Source: Octopus sinensis (Eukaryota). Taken from it: 6,052 nt of DNA. A model generated the notes under the pieces. That model did no database searches. It was not told the DNA's origin and saw only the letters and a program-made list of their open reading frames with translations. Location: the NCBI RefSeq assembly GCF_006345805.1, contig NW_021829534.1, forward strand, positions 1-6,052, given 5' to 3'. A program made the translations under genes and the position numbers. How positions within the stretch are numbered: position 1 is the first letter of the stretch; the number at the start of each line of letters is the position of its first letter. Shown here one piece after another: positions 5,900 to 6,052 of the stretch.

Positions 5900-6052
5900 T
5901 GTTCTATTTCTATTCCTGAGCGCCATACTAACTGGTACTTAATTTATCGAACCGAAATGATTGAAGGCAAAGTCGACCTCGGCGAATTTGAACCCAGAAC
6001 GTAACGGCAGACGAAATACTGCTACCGCATTTCGCCCGGCGTGCTAACGTTT
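5900..6052 (-). mobile_element. tRNA-derived SINE family 2 (head cut by the window edge)
   Basis: AACTGGTACTTAATTTATCGA...GGCAAAGTCGACCTCGGCGAATTTGAACCCAGAACGTAA...GCATTTCGCCCGGCGTGCTAACG is collinear with 2453-2575. Confidence 0.85.

Larger units (their letters stand above)
126..6052 (-). other. Intron of the glutamate receptor gene (5' end probably beyond the window)
   Basis: It lies upstream of the acceptor on the minus strand. Manual inspection of the non-repetitive stretches found no trace of the expected preceding exon (SYTANLAAF...STKEFF-like). The content is repeats and AT-rich sequence. Confidence 0.7.

Noticed and set aside
1788-6004. Remaining short ORFs in the track (60-110 aa)
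   Set aside because: They overlap SINEs, transposon ends, microsatellites or AT-rich intron, and none shows a recognisable protein motif.
1490-6052. All four family-2 SINEs lie in the same orientation as the host gene
   Set aside because: One copy is a local duplicate, leaving three independent events, which is not distinguishable from chance.

Overview
This is eukaryotic genomic DNA, almost certainly octopus or another coleoid cephalopod. The taxon is inferred from recognising abundant octopus-type tRNA-derived SINEs and ATAC/ATGC satellites. Bases 125 to 1 on the minus strand are the 5' part of a coding exon of an AMPA-type (GluA/GRIA-like) ionotropic glutamate receptor, encoding the S2 ligand-binding lobe (reconstructed as [42 protein letters not shown]). 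The ORF track misses it, and as given the exon needs two single-base insertions to stay in frame. The rest of the window (126-6052) appears to be the upstream intron of that gene. It contains a long polypyrimidine tract, a ~1.15 kb hierarchical satellite with a ~300 bp higher-order repeat, nine SINE segments from three tRNA-derived families (including inverted, rearranged and locally duplicated copies) and two pogo/Tigger-like transposon ends. All ORFs in the supplied track look like artefacts of satellites, SINEs or AT-rich intron. I cannot support a new multi-gene system. The best leads are the frameshifted receptor exon and the intronic elements that could affect its splicing or ADAR editing.
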